The notes under the pieces: generated by a model
Told to the model about the DNA's origin: nothing
The model's input: only the letters and a program-made list of their open reading frames with translations
Databases searched by the model: none
Shown here: one piece after another, positions 29,539 to 38,717 of the stretch
How positions within the stretch are numbered: the first letter of the stretch is position 1
Layout: every line of letters starts with the position of its first letter
Position numbers and translations under genes: made by a program
Assembly: GCA_031374515.1 (NCBI GenBank)
Contig: JANMGH010000130.1
Coordinates: 5,318-69,317 of the forward strand
Length of the DNA: 64,000 nt
DNA from: Pirellula sp.
GTDB lineage: Bacteria; Planctomycetota; Planctomycetia; Pirellulales; Pirellulaceae
Direction: 5' to 3'

Positions 29539-30354
29539 TCAAACCGTGCAAATGCTGCGATAGTGAAACACGAACCCGCTGGCGAGCCACATCAATCCCG
29601 AAATGAAGACGAGAACTGCAATATCGAACCATGGAAACTCCCCCGACTGAATAATGATCGCTGGGCGATAATATGCCATCACCGATAACCAAGGCGAAAT
29701 GAACTTCGCCCAATCTTGAAACTGAGCCAGGAAGTTCAGTAGAAATGAAGCCAATAAAACCGTGAACACAATTCCAATGGCACGCCCTCGCCGGTTACTC
29801 ATTGTGGAAACAAAAAACGAAAAACTACCGATTGCCAGATACACGGCACTCAGGTTGACTATAACGGTCATCGACTTGAGTACCGACAATCTCATATCCG
29901 GCTGAATTGTCAGCGAAATCAACAAGTGGCCAGCGTATCCGCTCAAAATGATACACGTGCCGGACACAAGCCAACCTACGGTTTCAGCCCAGAATATTTC
30001 CCAACGGGATAAAGGCAAGCAAAGCAGGAAGTCTGCCGTCCCTCGATCAACCTCCCCCGCAGGAACACGGGAGCAGTACATAACTTCGTGGGCCCAAATC
30101 AGCGATAAAACAGTTGGGTGGACCCAAAGAAATGCCTGCGAAATCTGTGCGGAGGCCTGATTCCCCGGATCCACACCCAGTAGCGCAGTCAACAGGGGTC
30201 TGATCATAGGCATCTTGTCAAAAAACTGATTCATGTTGGCAAGAATCTTGGGGAGTAGAGCCGTGAGTACGCTCATCACAGAAAACAATCCCAGACTAAA
30301 AAACAGAACCGGCCAGCGGACTTCTACCCAAATCTTTTGCAAAAGACCAATCAT
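29539..30354 (-). CDS. ABC-2-type transporter permease
   Basis: Six hydrophobic segments. The ATG at 30354 overlaps the upstream ATPase stop as ATGA, which suggests translational coupling. Confidence 0.7.
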   Translation of the reverse strand: MIGLLQKIWVEVRWPVLFFSLGLFSVMSVLTALLPKILANMNQFFDKMPMIRPLLTALLGVDPGNQASAQISQAFLWVHPTVLSLIWAHEVMYCSRVPAGEVDRGTADFLLCLPLSRWEIFWAETVGWLVSGTCIILSGYAGHLLISLTIQPDMRLSVLKSMTVIVNLSAVYLAIGSFSFFVSTMSNRRGRAIGIVFTVLLASFLLNFLAQFQDWAKFISPWLSVMAYYRPAIIIQSGEFPWFDIAVLVFISGLMWLASGFVFHYRSICTV

Positions 30355-31310
30355 AAATCTCCCTGGTTTGACTGATAGTAACGTCGAAATAGGATCTCCA
30401 ACGAAGGGGCACCTATTGAAATGTCGGCAAAATCCTGGGCAGCCGCCCAAGTGATAAATCGCGATGACGACCCAATCAATTCCAACTGACAGGTACGTTC
30501 CATAGGCGTTGGAGTACTTGACGTTTCCGCTAACGCACTATCTTGCCCGCCTCGCTTTCTCGGCAGCTGGCATATCTTAATTTCGTTTGGCCATCGTACG
30601 GATTCGAACTCTTGATCTGGCCGAAGCGTTATAACAATCTGCCTGGGTGCGCTTGCTCGGAGCTTCTTAACTGTCGAGTCTTCGACTATGCGTCCATCGC
30701 GAACGATGGCAATGTGATCGCAAAGTGTCTCCACTTCACTGAGAGTGTGGCTGGAAATCATGACGGTATGTCCGTTCGTCGCTAGCTCACGAAGGCATGC
30801 CATCAGCGTGTCCTGCATCAAAGGGTCCAGTCCTGACGTGGGCTCATCGAGAACGATGAGTTTTGGTGAATGCGCCAACGCCAGCACCAACGCTACCTTT
30901 TGTCGATTGCCTCGCGACATCTTTCTGATCGGAAGATCAGGCTCCAGTTGGAACCTTTCTACAAGGTCCAGTCCACGTGCGTGCATCTCCTTCAGCCCTC
31001 GAATCCTAGAGAGCATCAACAAACCCAAGCGAATCGTTAACCAAGGATAAAGCCGTACATCGCCCGCGACATAGCCGACGTCGCGTCGAATCGTAGGCCC
31101 GTCATTCCAGCAGTCTTTCCCAAAAATCGCGGCAGCGCCTGAGCTCGCCCGCAACAATCCCATCAAGACTCGAATGGTTGTCGATTTCCCAGAACCATTC
31201 GGACCTAGAAATCCAAATATCTCACCTTCCTCTATCTTAAGATTGACGTTGCTAATGCCGCGACGCGAACCGTAGTTTCGACATAGATCCGTAATAACAA
31301 TCGCTTGCAT
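30351..31310 (-). CDS. ABC transporter ATP-binding protein
   Basis: Walker A GPNGSGKST, signature-like MSRGNRQKV, Walker B LIVLDEPTSGLD. Confidence 0.9.
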   Translation of the reverse strand: MQAIVITDLCRNYGSRRGISNVNLKIEEGEIFGFLGPNGSGKSTTIRVLMGLLRASSGAAAIFGKDCWNDGPTIRRDVGYVAGDVRLYPWLTIRLGLLMLSRIRGLKEMHARGLDLVERFQLEPDLPIRKMSRGNRQKVALVLALAHSPKLIVLDEPTSGLDPLMQDTLMACLRELATNGHTVMISSHTLSEVETLCDHIAIVRDGRIVEDSTVKKLRASAPRQIVITLRPDQEFESVRWPNEIKICQLPRKRGGQDSALAETSSTPTPMERTCQLELIGSSSRFITWAAAQDFADISIGAPSLEILFRRYYQSNQGDL

Positions 31311-31626
31311 AGATCGCCCCCTTTGCTACGACATTGTACCTCAGCAGAGGCTAAGCCTGGATTATTCATACGGCAATTAAGGATCAGCCGAAGGGGAGCT
31401 AGCCCTTGGTTATGGCTGCCTAGACAACCGTTTGCGAACGCCCGACGGCTAATGAATAATCGGGGAAAGCGATATTTTGGAAGAGTATTTATCGGAGACA
31501 ATGATAGACTAACGCGACCATGCCTGAAGCCTCGCTGATTACAAGATGTTCGGAATACCGGTTGGACCGCCCTCCGACACAATCGCAATCAGCAGGAACG
31601 CGTTACCGTTCGGTTTTCTGAACGAC

Positions 31627-31653
31627 AATGAAAACCTGGTGCTAAGCACCAGG
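31627..31653 (-). terminator. orphan intrinsic-terminator-like hairpin
   Basis: On the minus strand: CCTGGTGC-TTA-GCACCAGG followed by TTTTCATTG. No annotated minus-strand CDS lies upstream of it. Confidence 0.3.
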
Positions 31654-32053
31654 CACAAGTTCGTGAGCAAAATGAATGAACATGGATGAACAAGATGCAC
31701 AGGATGATTTCTATTCGTTGATAGATTCACTTGTATCGTGTGAGTCGTTTGTATTTGAGTTTCGGATCGCCAAAATTGTTCCGTGATTTCTCCAAATTGC
31801 AAAGCGGATCGACGATCATCCCGTAAATCCGTGTTCTTTTCTCCTGTTGTGTCTACTGGTGGGTTATGTCAGTGGAAAAGCACTTGCAGGTGGCAGTGCC
31901 AAGCGAAAGTAACATTTCGAGCGACATATTCGGTAGTTAACTGGTATTGGCGTCAATTTCAGGAATTTTGCGCACGTTGATAGACCCATTTTCGGTGGAC
32001 ACAACACAACGATTTGCCTAAGCTTCAAATTTTACAAAATCCGAGGAGTCTTC

Positions 32054-32974
32054 ATGAAATCTTGGTTATTATCTGGCTTGACCGCAGCAACACATACTCC
32101 ATTCCATTTGGACGGCTCGCTAAACCTGAGTGTCGTTGCCCAACAAGCCGAACACTTGCTGGCAAACCAAATCACGACGGTTTTTATCGGGGGTAGCACC
32201 GGAGAAAGCCATTCACTCTCACTTACCGAACGGCAATCCCTGGCAAAGCGATGGGGGGAAGTAACTCGCAATACGGCACTGCGAGTTGTCGTCCACGTCG
32301 GATCAAACTGCTTGTCCGATGCCAAGGTTTTGGCGGCGCAGGCCCAGGAATTGGGTGCGATTGCAATCTCCGCATTAGCTCCAAGTTATTTTAAGCCACG
32401 CTCGCTGGATGTGCTTATTGACTGTGCCGCCGAAATTGCGAGCGCTGCACCGAATACACCATTCTTTTTTTACGACATTCCCACGCTGACCAACGTCAAC
32501 TATTCCATGCCAGATTTCCTTTCTCATGCTAGTGAGAGAATTCCTTCTTTGGCAGGGATTAAGTTTACGAACACCGACCTAATGTCGTATCAGCTTTGCC
32601 TGCGTGCGGACTCAGGAAAATGGGAAGTGCCATTTGGGTGTGACGAGTTTTTGCTGGCGGCTCTTGCACTCGGCGCGAAAGGAGCTGTCGGCAGTAGTTT
32701 CAATTTCGCAGCACCCATTTATCGTCGTTTGATTTCTGGCTTTGAACGCGGCAACTTGGACATAGCCCGCGAGGAGCAATATCGCAGTGTCCAAGTCATC
32801 CAGTTGCTCGCAAGTTACGGATATATGGGTGCCGCAAAATCAGTGATGGGTATGCTCGGCATCCCGGTTGGCCAACCGCGCCTTCCGAACGCTGGCCTTT
32901 CTAGTGATCAAGTTTCCGATCTGCGTAAATCTCTCGAAAAGATGGCTTTTTTTGATTGGATCGCGATGTCGTAG
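32054..32974 (+). CDS. nanA: N-acetylneuraminate lyase (DHDPS/NAL family)
   Basis: GGSTGESHSLS motif of the DHDPS/NAL family. The specific call rests on the adjacent epimerase and sialidase genes. Confidence 0.75.
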   Translation: MKSWLLSGLTAATHTPFHLDGSLNLSVVAQQAEHLLANQITTVFIGGSTGESHSLSLTERQSLAKRWGEVTRNTALRVVVHVGSNCLSDAKVLAAQAQELGAIAISALAPSYFKPRSLDVLIDCAAEIASAAPNTPFFFYDIPTLTNVNYSMPDFLSHASERIPSLAGIKFTNTDLMSYQLCLRADSGKWEVPFGCDEFLLAALALGAKGAVGSSFNFAAPIYRRLISGFERGNLDIAREEQYRSVQVIQLLASYGYMGAAKSVMGMLGIPVGQPRLPNAGLSSDQVSDLRKSLEKMAFFDWIAMS

Positions 32975-33019
32975 TCACTCACACACAAACCTCCAACCTC
33001 AACACTTCAAAGGTCGAAC

Positions 33020-34234
33020 ATGCCATTCCATGTGGATGCACCGTTGATCACATCCTCCGATGGCCGCCGAAAGCTATTGGCGTGCTACCGCAATGGTCTG
33101 TTGAACGACACCGTCCGTTTTTGGTTTCCTCGCAGCATCGACCTCGAGCACGATGGATTTCTTCATTGCTTCGATCAGGACGGTTCCATCCTGGAAACAG
33201 ATAAATCCGTTTGGGCACAAGGTCGCATGAGCTGGATGTTGCTGACGCTTTTCAACACCCTCGAAAAGCGACCGGAATGGCTGGAGTGGGGCACGCTAGG
33301 GTTGCGGTTTCTTGATCGCCACTGCTTCGACGATGATGGACGAATGTTCTTTCATGTAACGCGCGAAGGGATGCCTATTCGCAAGCGACGGTATGCATTC
33401 AGTGAGTCCTTTGCAGCAATCGCATTCGCCGCGCACTTCAAAGCTACCGGCGAAGAAAGTTCCGCACTCCGGTCCAAAGAGTTGTTCAATTTCTTTACAC
33501 ACTGGAACTTCACTCCTGGCATCACTCCTCCGAAATTCACCGATACACGTCCAATGATCGGCATGGGACCGAGAATGATCACGATTGTTACGGCACAGGA
33601 ATTAAGAAACAATATTGGTAACGACCCAAACCTGACGATGTGGATTGACCGCTGCATCGACGAAATTCAACGACTGTTCGTAAAACCTGATCATCGTGTC
33701 GTTATGGAATCGGTTGCAACCAATGGCGATATTGTGGACCACTTCGATGGCAGGCTCCTGAATCCCGGACACGCTATTGAAGGTGCTTGGTTTATCATGC
33801 GGGAAGGGGGCTATCGAAAAGACCCGAGCCTAATCCGACTCGGTTGCACCATGCTCGATTGGATGTGGGAACGCGGTTGGGACAGTGAGTACGGCGGCCT
33901 GTACTATTTTCGCGATTTATTCGGGAAACCGGTTCAAGAGTACTGGCACGATATGAAGTTCTGGTGGCCGCACAACGAAACGATTATCGCTACGCTCATG
34001 GCCTACGAGCTGACCGGAGACGAGAAATACGCCCGCTGGCATCAGCAGATCCACGACTGGAGCTACAACCACTTCGCGGACCCGGAACATGGTGAGTGGT
34101 TTGGCTACTTGCACCGTGATGGGGGGCGTGCAACAACGACTAAGGGAAACCTCTGGAAGAGCTTCTTTCATCATCCTCGCATGCAATGGACGTGCACGCA
34201 GTGGCTGACCGAGCCACAATTTATCGGGCAATAA
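33020..34234 (+). CDS. N-acylglucosamine 2-epimerase (AGE / renin-binding-protein family)
   Basis: FWWPHNE and KGNLWKSFFHHPR motifs. About 400 aa, consistent with an alpha/alpha-barrel. Confidence 0.8.
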   Translation: MPFHVDAPLITSSDGRRKLLACYRNGLLNDTVRFWFPRSIDLEHDGFLHCFDQDGSILETDKSVWAQGRMSWMLLTLFNTLEKRPEWLEWGTLGLRFLDRHCFDDDGRMFFHVTREGMPIRKRRYAFSESFAAIAFAAHFKATGEESSALRSKELFNFFTHWNFTPGITPPKFTDTRPMIGMGPRMITIVTAQELRNNIGNDPNLTMWIDRCIDEIQRLFVKPDHRVVMESVATNGDIVDHFDGRLLNPGHAIEGAWFIMREGGYRKDPSLIRLGCTMLDWMWERGWDSEYGGLYYFRDLFGKPVQEYWHDMKFWWPHNETIIATLMAYELTGDEKYARWHQQIHDWSYNHFADPEHGEWFGYLHRDGGRATTTKGNLWKSFFHHPRMQWTCTQWLTEPQFIGQ

Positions 34235-34431
34235 AATTCTGCGAAAATCGGAAGGCCGATTTCGATCGACTCAAGACGACAGATTGAATCCCGAGCTTTT
34301 TTCGATAGTTGGGAAGTTGTTGTTCGAGGAGCATATCACTAAGATTGAAAGTTCGCGTGATTCGCCAACCTAAACGCTGGATGTTCCAGCGAAGGACCGC
34401 ACCGCCAAAATAGACCTACGGTAGTTTAATC

Positions 34432-35592
34432 ATGTTCTTGCGATCCATCTTGTTCCCGCTAGTACTATGGTCTTTTATTGAGAGGCTATCCTATTCGGCT
34501 GACACACCGGACAGCTCCGCGCCGGTTCGCTCCGACATGCTTCCTAGCGAGTCCCTTGCGCTCTCGGCTAGTCAAGCTCTATTTGTTTCGGGAACGGACG
34601 GAACTCACACCTATCGAATTCCGGCGATTATTACCGCAAAGAACGGAGACTTGATCGCTGCCTGCGATGCGCGACACAAGTCGGCTGCCGACCTGAAACC
34701 CCAACGCACCATCGATATTGTTTACCGTCGAAGCAGTGACAACGGAAAGACATGGACGCCCATTGAAGTGCTCGACCAACTTGATGATGGAGGATGCAGT
34801 GATCCATCGTTGATTCTCGATTCGAGTACTGGAATTCTCTTTTGTTTTTATAATTACATGGTTCGAGACATCTCAAACAACGAGTTTCGCTTTTTCGTGC
34901 AGAAAAGCACTGATCATGGGAAGACGTGGAGCAAACCTATCGACTTCACAGACCAGGTCGCAGGTCCAGAATTAAAGGACAGTTTCAAGTTCATTACTTC
35001 CGGCCGAGGCATTCAGACTCGCGACGGAATGTTACTGCACAACTTTGTCCGAGTGGGGCATGGTGTTACGTTGTTCGCTAGCCGTGATCACGGAGAGACA
35101 TGGCAACCATTTTTCACACTGAGCCCGGGCGACGAATCGAAGGTCGTGCAATTGCACGATGAAGTGCTGATGGTCAATTCGCGGCTCGAACCCGGTAAAA
35201 GATTCGTGCATCGTTCGCAAGACGGTGGACGTACCTGGAAAAGTGCTGCAGACTTGGGACTGCCCGACCCCCAATGCAACGCTTGCATCCTTCAGTACAC
35301 ATCCAAGCGGGACGGCTACACCAAAGATCGGTTGATCTTCTGCAATGCGGCGTCGGTCAAGGGCCGCAAGAACCTCGCTGCAAGGATCAGCTACGATGGT
35401 GGCATGACCTGGAGTGATGGCAAGGTAATCGATAGTGGCCCATCAGCGTATTCCGAAATAACAGTACTGCAGGATGGCAGTTTTGGAGTCTTATACGAAC
35501 CCGGACACTCCGAGATCCGCTTCGTGCGCTTTACTCTCGAAGGCCTTACCGATGGTGCGGACAAGCTCACGGAGACGTACTCGCCGAGATGA
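34432..35592 (+). CDS. exo-alpha-sialidase (BNR/Asp-box)
   Basis: Signal peptide, YRIPAI (RIP motif), five Asp-boxes (SSDNGKTW, STDHGKTW, SRDHGETW, SQDGGRTW, SYDGGMTW). Confidence 0.9.
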   Translation: MFLRSILFPLVLWSFIERLSYSADTPDSSAPVRSDMLPSESLALSASQALFVSGTDGTHTYRIPAIITAKNGDLIAACDARHKSAADLKPQRTIDIVYRRSSDNGKTWTPIEVLDQLDDGGCSDPSLILDSSTGILFCFYNYMVRDISNNEFRFFVQKSTDHGKTWSKPIDFTDQVAGPELKDSFKFITSGRGIQTRDGMLLHNFVRVGHGVTLFASRDHGETWQPFFTLSPGDESKVVQLHDEVLMVNSRLEPGKRFVHRSQDGGRTWKSAADLGLPDPQCNACILQYTSKRDGYTKDRLIFCNAASVKGRKNLAARISYDGGMTWSDGKVIDSGPSAYSEITVLQDGSFGVLYEPGHSEIRFVRFTLEGLTDGADKLTETYSPR

Positions 35593-35768
35593 CGGCTTCT
35601 CCGTCCATTTTGCAAGTGTGGTGTTCCGCCCGAGCGTTGTGTCGAAGGAGCTTTGCAGAATGCTCATACAAACACTCGCAAACCTTGGGCCCTGCCCGAA
35701 GTATGAGCCCGTGTGCTTCAAACGAGAGCTCTATCGCAGTTCAACTTTGAAGTTGCCCGTTCTAACAC

Positions 35769-35835
35769 GTAGCGAAAGTCGTCAAGACCTTCGGCGATTT
35801 GAAGACTTGCCGAAACTCTTGACGAGTTTCGCTAC
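35769..35835. repeat. R1 repeat, best inverted doublet (REPIN-like)
   Basis: GTAGCGAAAGTCGTCAAGACCTTCGGC - 13 nt - GCCGAAACTCTTGACGAGTTTCGCTAC. The arms are complementary at 24 of 27 positions. Each arm is itself GTAG plus an 8-bp-stem hairpin. Confidence 0.75.
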
Positions 35836-35860
35836 CCTAAAAACGCTTCGGGACAAAGCA

Positions 35861-37066
35861 CTAGACTAGTCGCAGAATGGTTGAGTGGCCATCCAAAACG
35901 GACACCGGATCAATCCCGAGCCAGTCTCGTAGGATCCCGGCGTAGACATCGCGGAAATCGGTGGTATGAATCGGAGCGTTGTCGATTAGTGTATGCAGAT
36001 CGAGTCTACGGCCATGCACACCGCCGTGGATGGAATTACCTGCCAAGAACACTGGTCCCGCCGTTCCGTGGTCGGTTCCGCCAGAAGCGTTTTCTTGGAC
36101 CTGCCGACCAAACTCGCTGAAGCACATGACCAATACACGGTCGCTATTGCCGCTTTCAGCGAGATCTTTCATAAAGGCGAACAATGAGCTGGAAAGTGCA
36201 CCAAGCAACCGGCTGTGATCATTGAGTTGCTTGCTGTGCGTGTCGTACCCCGATTGGACTGCGTAGAAGACACGTGAGCCAAAGTCCGCTTCGATCAAGC
36301 TGGAAATCACTCGCAACTGAACGGCTAGTGGACTGTCGAGTCGCGACAACGCAGTGCCTTTGACGCCGGACTTCGATTGGTTTAATGATTTGATTTGCTC
36401 TGAGGTGATGTACGAATCCAAAGCCGATTGCCTAAGGAAATTGACTATCGGCATCTCGGAGGACTTCGTATCGGCCGATGCGAGTATAGCATCTGGTCTC
36501 GCCAGGTTCGATTGCGCGAATTCGTTTAACGACTCGATACTGGCCGTTTGGCTCTTTCGACCTCGAATTGCGTTGGAGACTGTTCCCGGATAGGCCGTGA
36601 CACTCGAGGGTACGCCTGATTTAACCGGTAGTCGATCCATTCCGCGTCCCAACCACCCCACATCGCGATGCAGTTCCAGGTCGGTACGAGCTGTGTGCCA
36701 CACCGACATACTGACTTCATGCGATCGGTTCGGATTCGGATAGCCGACTCCTTGGACGATCGCCAGTTCACCCTCCTCAAAAAGTTTGGCCATTCCTCGC
36801 ATAGAAGGGTGCAATGCAAGCGTGTCATCTAGCTTGATAAGAGAATTTTCCTCTAAACGCAACACTGTTCGGTTGGCGAAATAACCGTCGTCCTTATAAG
36901 GAACGAGCGTGTTGAGGCCGTCGTTTCCGCCCGACAGCTCGATCACAACCAAGATCTTTTCTTGGCCAGCCTCCGATGCGTTGCTGGTCGCACGCAGGAA
37001 TGCTGGAATAGAGGGTGCTAGTGAGATGAGGCCAGATTGTTTTAAGAACTGTCGCCGCGACGGCAT
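35861..37066 (-). CDS. DUF1501 protein (sulfatase-fold) with Tat signal
   Basis: MPSRRQFLKQSGL twin-arginine leader, LSGGNDGLNTLVPY, GYDTH, SEFGR...GGTDHG. Confidence 0.9.
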   Translation of the reverse strand: MPSRRQFLKQSGLISLAPSIPAFLRATSNASEAGQEKILVVIELSGGNDGLNTLVPYKDDGYFANRTVLRLEENSLIKLDDTLALHPSMRGMAKLFEEGELAIVQGVGYPNPNRSHEVSMSVWHTARTDLELHRDVGWLGRGMDRLPVKSGVPSSVTAYPGTVSNAIRGRKSQTASIESLNEFAQSNLARPDAILASADTKSSEMPIVNFLRQSALDSYITSEQIKSLNQSKSGVKGTALSRLDSPLAVQLRVISSLIEADFGSRVFYAVQSGYDTHSKQLNDHSRLLGALSSSLFAFMKDLAESGNSDRVLVMCFSEFGRQVQENASGGTDHGTAGPVFLAGNSIHGGVHGRRLDLHTLIDNAPIHTTDFRDVYAGILRDWLGIDPVSVLDGHSTILRLV

Positions 37067-37103
37067 AGTAATTTCTCCTTTGGAGGGATTGTTCCAAATT
37101 GTA

Positions 37104-37125
37104 AAACGGCTGTCCTCAGCCGTTT
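37104..37125 (-). terminator. GC-rich hairpin with U-tract between the DUF1800 and DUF1501 genes
   Basis: AAACGGCTG-(AGGA on the minus strand)-CAGCCGTTT, a perfect 9-bp stem followed on the minus strand by TACAATTT. Lies about 40 nt upstream of the DUF1501 ATG. Confidence 0.4.
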
Positions 37126-37133
37126 GGGAATGG

Positions 37134-37297
37134 TTTATATGCGTGAACAGTTGAGGACAACTGCTATTTATGAGCTTGAACAGTTGAGGACAACTGTTAT
37201 TTATATGCTTGAACAGTTGAGGACAACTGTTATTTATATGCTTGAACAGTTGAGGACAACTGTTATTTATATGCTTGAACAGTTGAGGACAACTGTT
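37134..37297. repeat. 33-bp tandem repeat, about 5 units, each with the palindrome AACAGTTG-AGGA-CAACTGTT
   Basis: Units start at 37145, 37178, 37211, 37244 and 37277. Units 2-4 are identical, unit 1 has 3 substitutions and unit 5 is truncated after the palindrome. Confidence 0.95.
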
Positions 37298-37307
37298 CTA
37301 CACTGGA

Positions 37308-38684
37308 CTAACTTAGTTGATACTCGGGATTGGTCAGCATGCGAACTATGTCGTTCGAACCTATGTTGCGATGGTCCGCGCTTGGGAGATTCGCAATGAG
37401 CAAACCGTAGAACTCGCAAACTTGCTCGTCTCGGCTTCCAAATCCATGCTTTTCCGCGAGAATCGTAAAGTCGAACGGCACATGACCGGATGGATGCAAT
37501 TTGCCAGCCACGAGCGAATCTGCGTATCCGTGACGAGCTAACACACTTCGGGTGTGTATCCACTCGCGACCCTCCGGCCAACCAAAAACGTTGGGGGGAT
37601 GAAACAAGTCTTGCCCTAGCTTACGCAACTCCGCTGCCAATAGCAGCGTGCTCGGCGGATCTTGTTGCATCTCCAACGCACGTGCTGTACCAACAACTAG
37701 CTCCACCGGACCCGCGATCCGACTGCGTAGGTTTGCCTTACTGAAAAACAAACGACTGCGCAGGATTGTCTCGACGCCCCAGGCAATATCCAAGTCGTTC
37801 TTGCGCAATCCAGTCGCAAGTTCTGATAGCGATCGCTCGTCGACGACTCCTTCGCCAAAGAACATGCCGCACAAACGCCCGGCTAGCCGTGTTGCAGTCG
37901 CATCTTTCTTGAGCAACAACTCCATAAGTTTATCGCCATCAAAACGTCCTGTTTGGCCAAGTACAGTCTTCTCACCCGCATCGTGTATTTCGGGGATGAA
38001 CTCGAATTGGTTTCCGCGAACCGTCCAGCCGGTCAGGCAACGGGCCGCCTCGACCACATCGGCTTCGCTATAGTGACCTTGGCCAAGTGTAAACAACTCC
38101 ATCAGTTCTCTTGCGAGATTTTCGTTCGGATGCTCTTTTCGATTGGCGGAAGCGTCAAGCCAGCTCAACATGGCACGATGTTTCACAATCGCTGGCAGCA
38201 ACTCACTGAATCGTCCCAGGCAGTGTTTTCGGAGCAGGTTGTTCTGCTCGTACATGGCCGAGACATCTTGGACTTTTTGGTTGCTGGTCGCAAAGTGATT
38301 GTGCCAAAGCAGCGTCATGCGTTCGACTAATGGCCGAGGCGTCATCAGCATGCGAAACACCCACCAGGCTCGCAACCGATCAGCGTTGCTTGCCCCGACG
38401 GCTGCATCACCGATGGTCAATGCGAGCTGCTCGAATTGAGCTTCGCTTTTGTCCGCTTGCACGTTTTCCGCGTACTCATCCAGCTTGTGCCCAAGCAAAC
38501 GATCGATGGAAACTTGGCAACCGTCGCGCAAGCTTCTTTGGATGGTTGTCCAATCGGGCGTGAAGCTCGCGCGACGGTGCAAGTGCGCAACGCGAACCAA
38601 GTCCCAAGGTTCCTCGGGAGTGGGTGTCCATGTGCTAAATGGTGAGTCCATGATGATGCCAACTGGAAAAGTGTATCTCGGCAC
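37308..38684 (-). CDS. DUF1800 protein
   Basis: HLHRRASF and MTLLWHNHFATS motifs are typical of DUF1800. The start is either the GTG at 38684 or the ATG at 38651. Confidence 0.85.
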   Translation of the reverse strand: MPRYTFPVGIIMDSPFSTWTPTPEEPWDLVRVAHLHRRASFTPDWTTIQRSLRDGCQVSIDRLLGHKLDEYAENVQADKSEAQFEQLALTIGDAAVGASNADRLRAWWVFRMLMTPRPLVERMTLLWHNHFATSNQKVQDVSAMYEQNNLLRKHCLGRFSELLPAIVKHRAMLSWLDASANRKEHPNENLARELMELFTLGQGHYSEADVVEAARCLTGWTVRGNQFEFIPEIHDAGEKTVLGQTGRFDGDKLMELLLKKDATATRLAGRLCGMFFGEGVVDERSLSELATGLRKNDLDIAWGVETILRSRLFFSKANLRSRIAGPVELVVGTARALEMQQDPPSTLLLAAELRKLGQDLFHPPNVFGWPEGREWIHTRSVLARHGYADSLVAGKLHPSGHVPFDFTILAEKHGFGSRDEQVCEFYGLLIANLPSADHRNIGSNDIVRMLTNPEYQLS

Positions 38685-38717
38685 TCGTAGGTTGTGATTT
38701 TATTGCCGCTGCAAAAA

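Noticed and set aside
37134-37297. The 33-bp tandem array as a CRISPR array
   Set aside because: The units abut one another with no unique spacers, since the whole 33 bp is repeated. No cas genes or leader are present. It is a plain tandem repeat.
37124-37399. ORF encoding EQLRTTVIYML repeated five times
   Set aside because: It is the in-frame reading of the 33-bp tandem repeat, lies on the strand opposite to both flanking genes, and runs into the 3' end of the DUF1800 gene.
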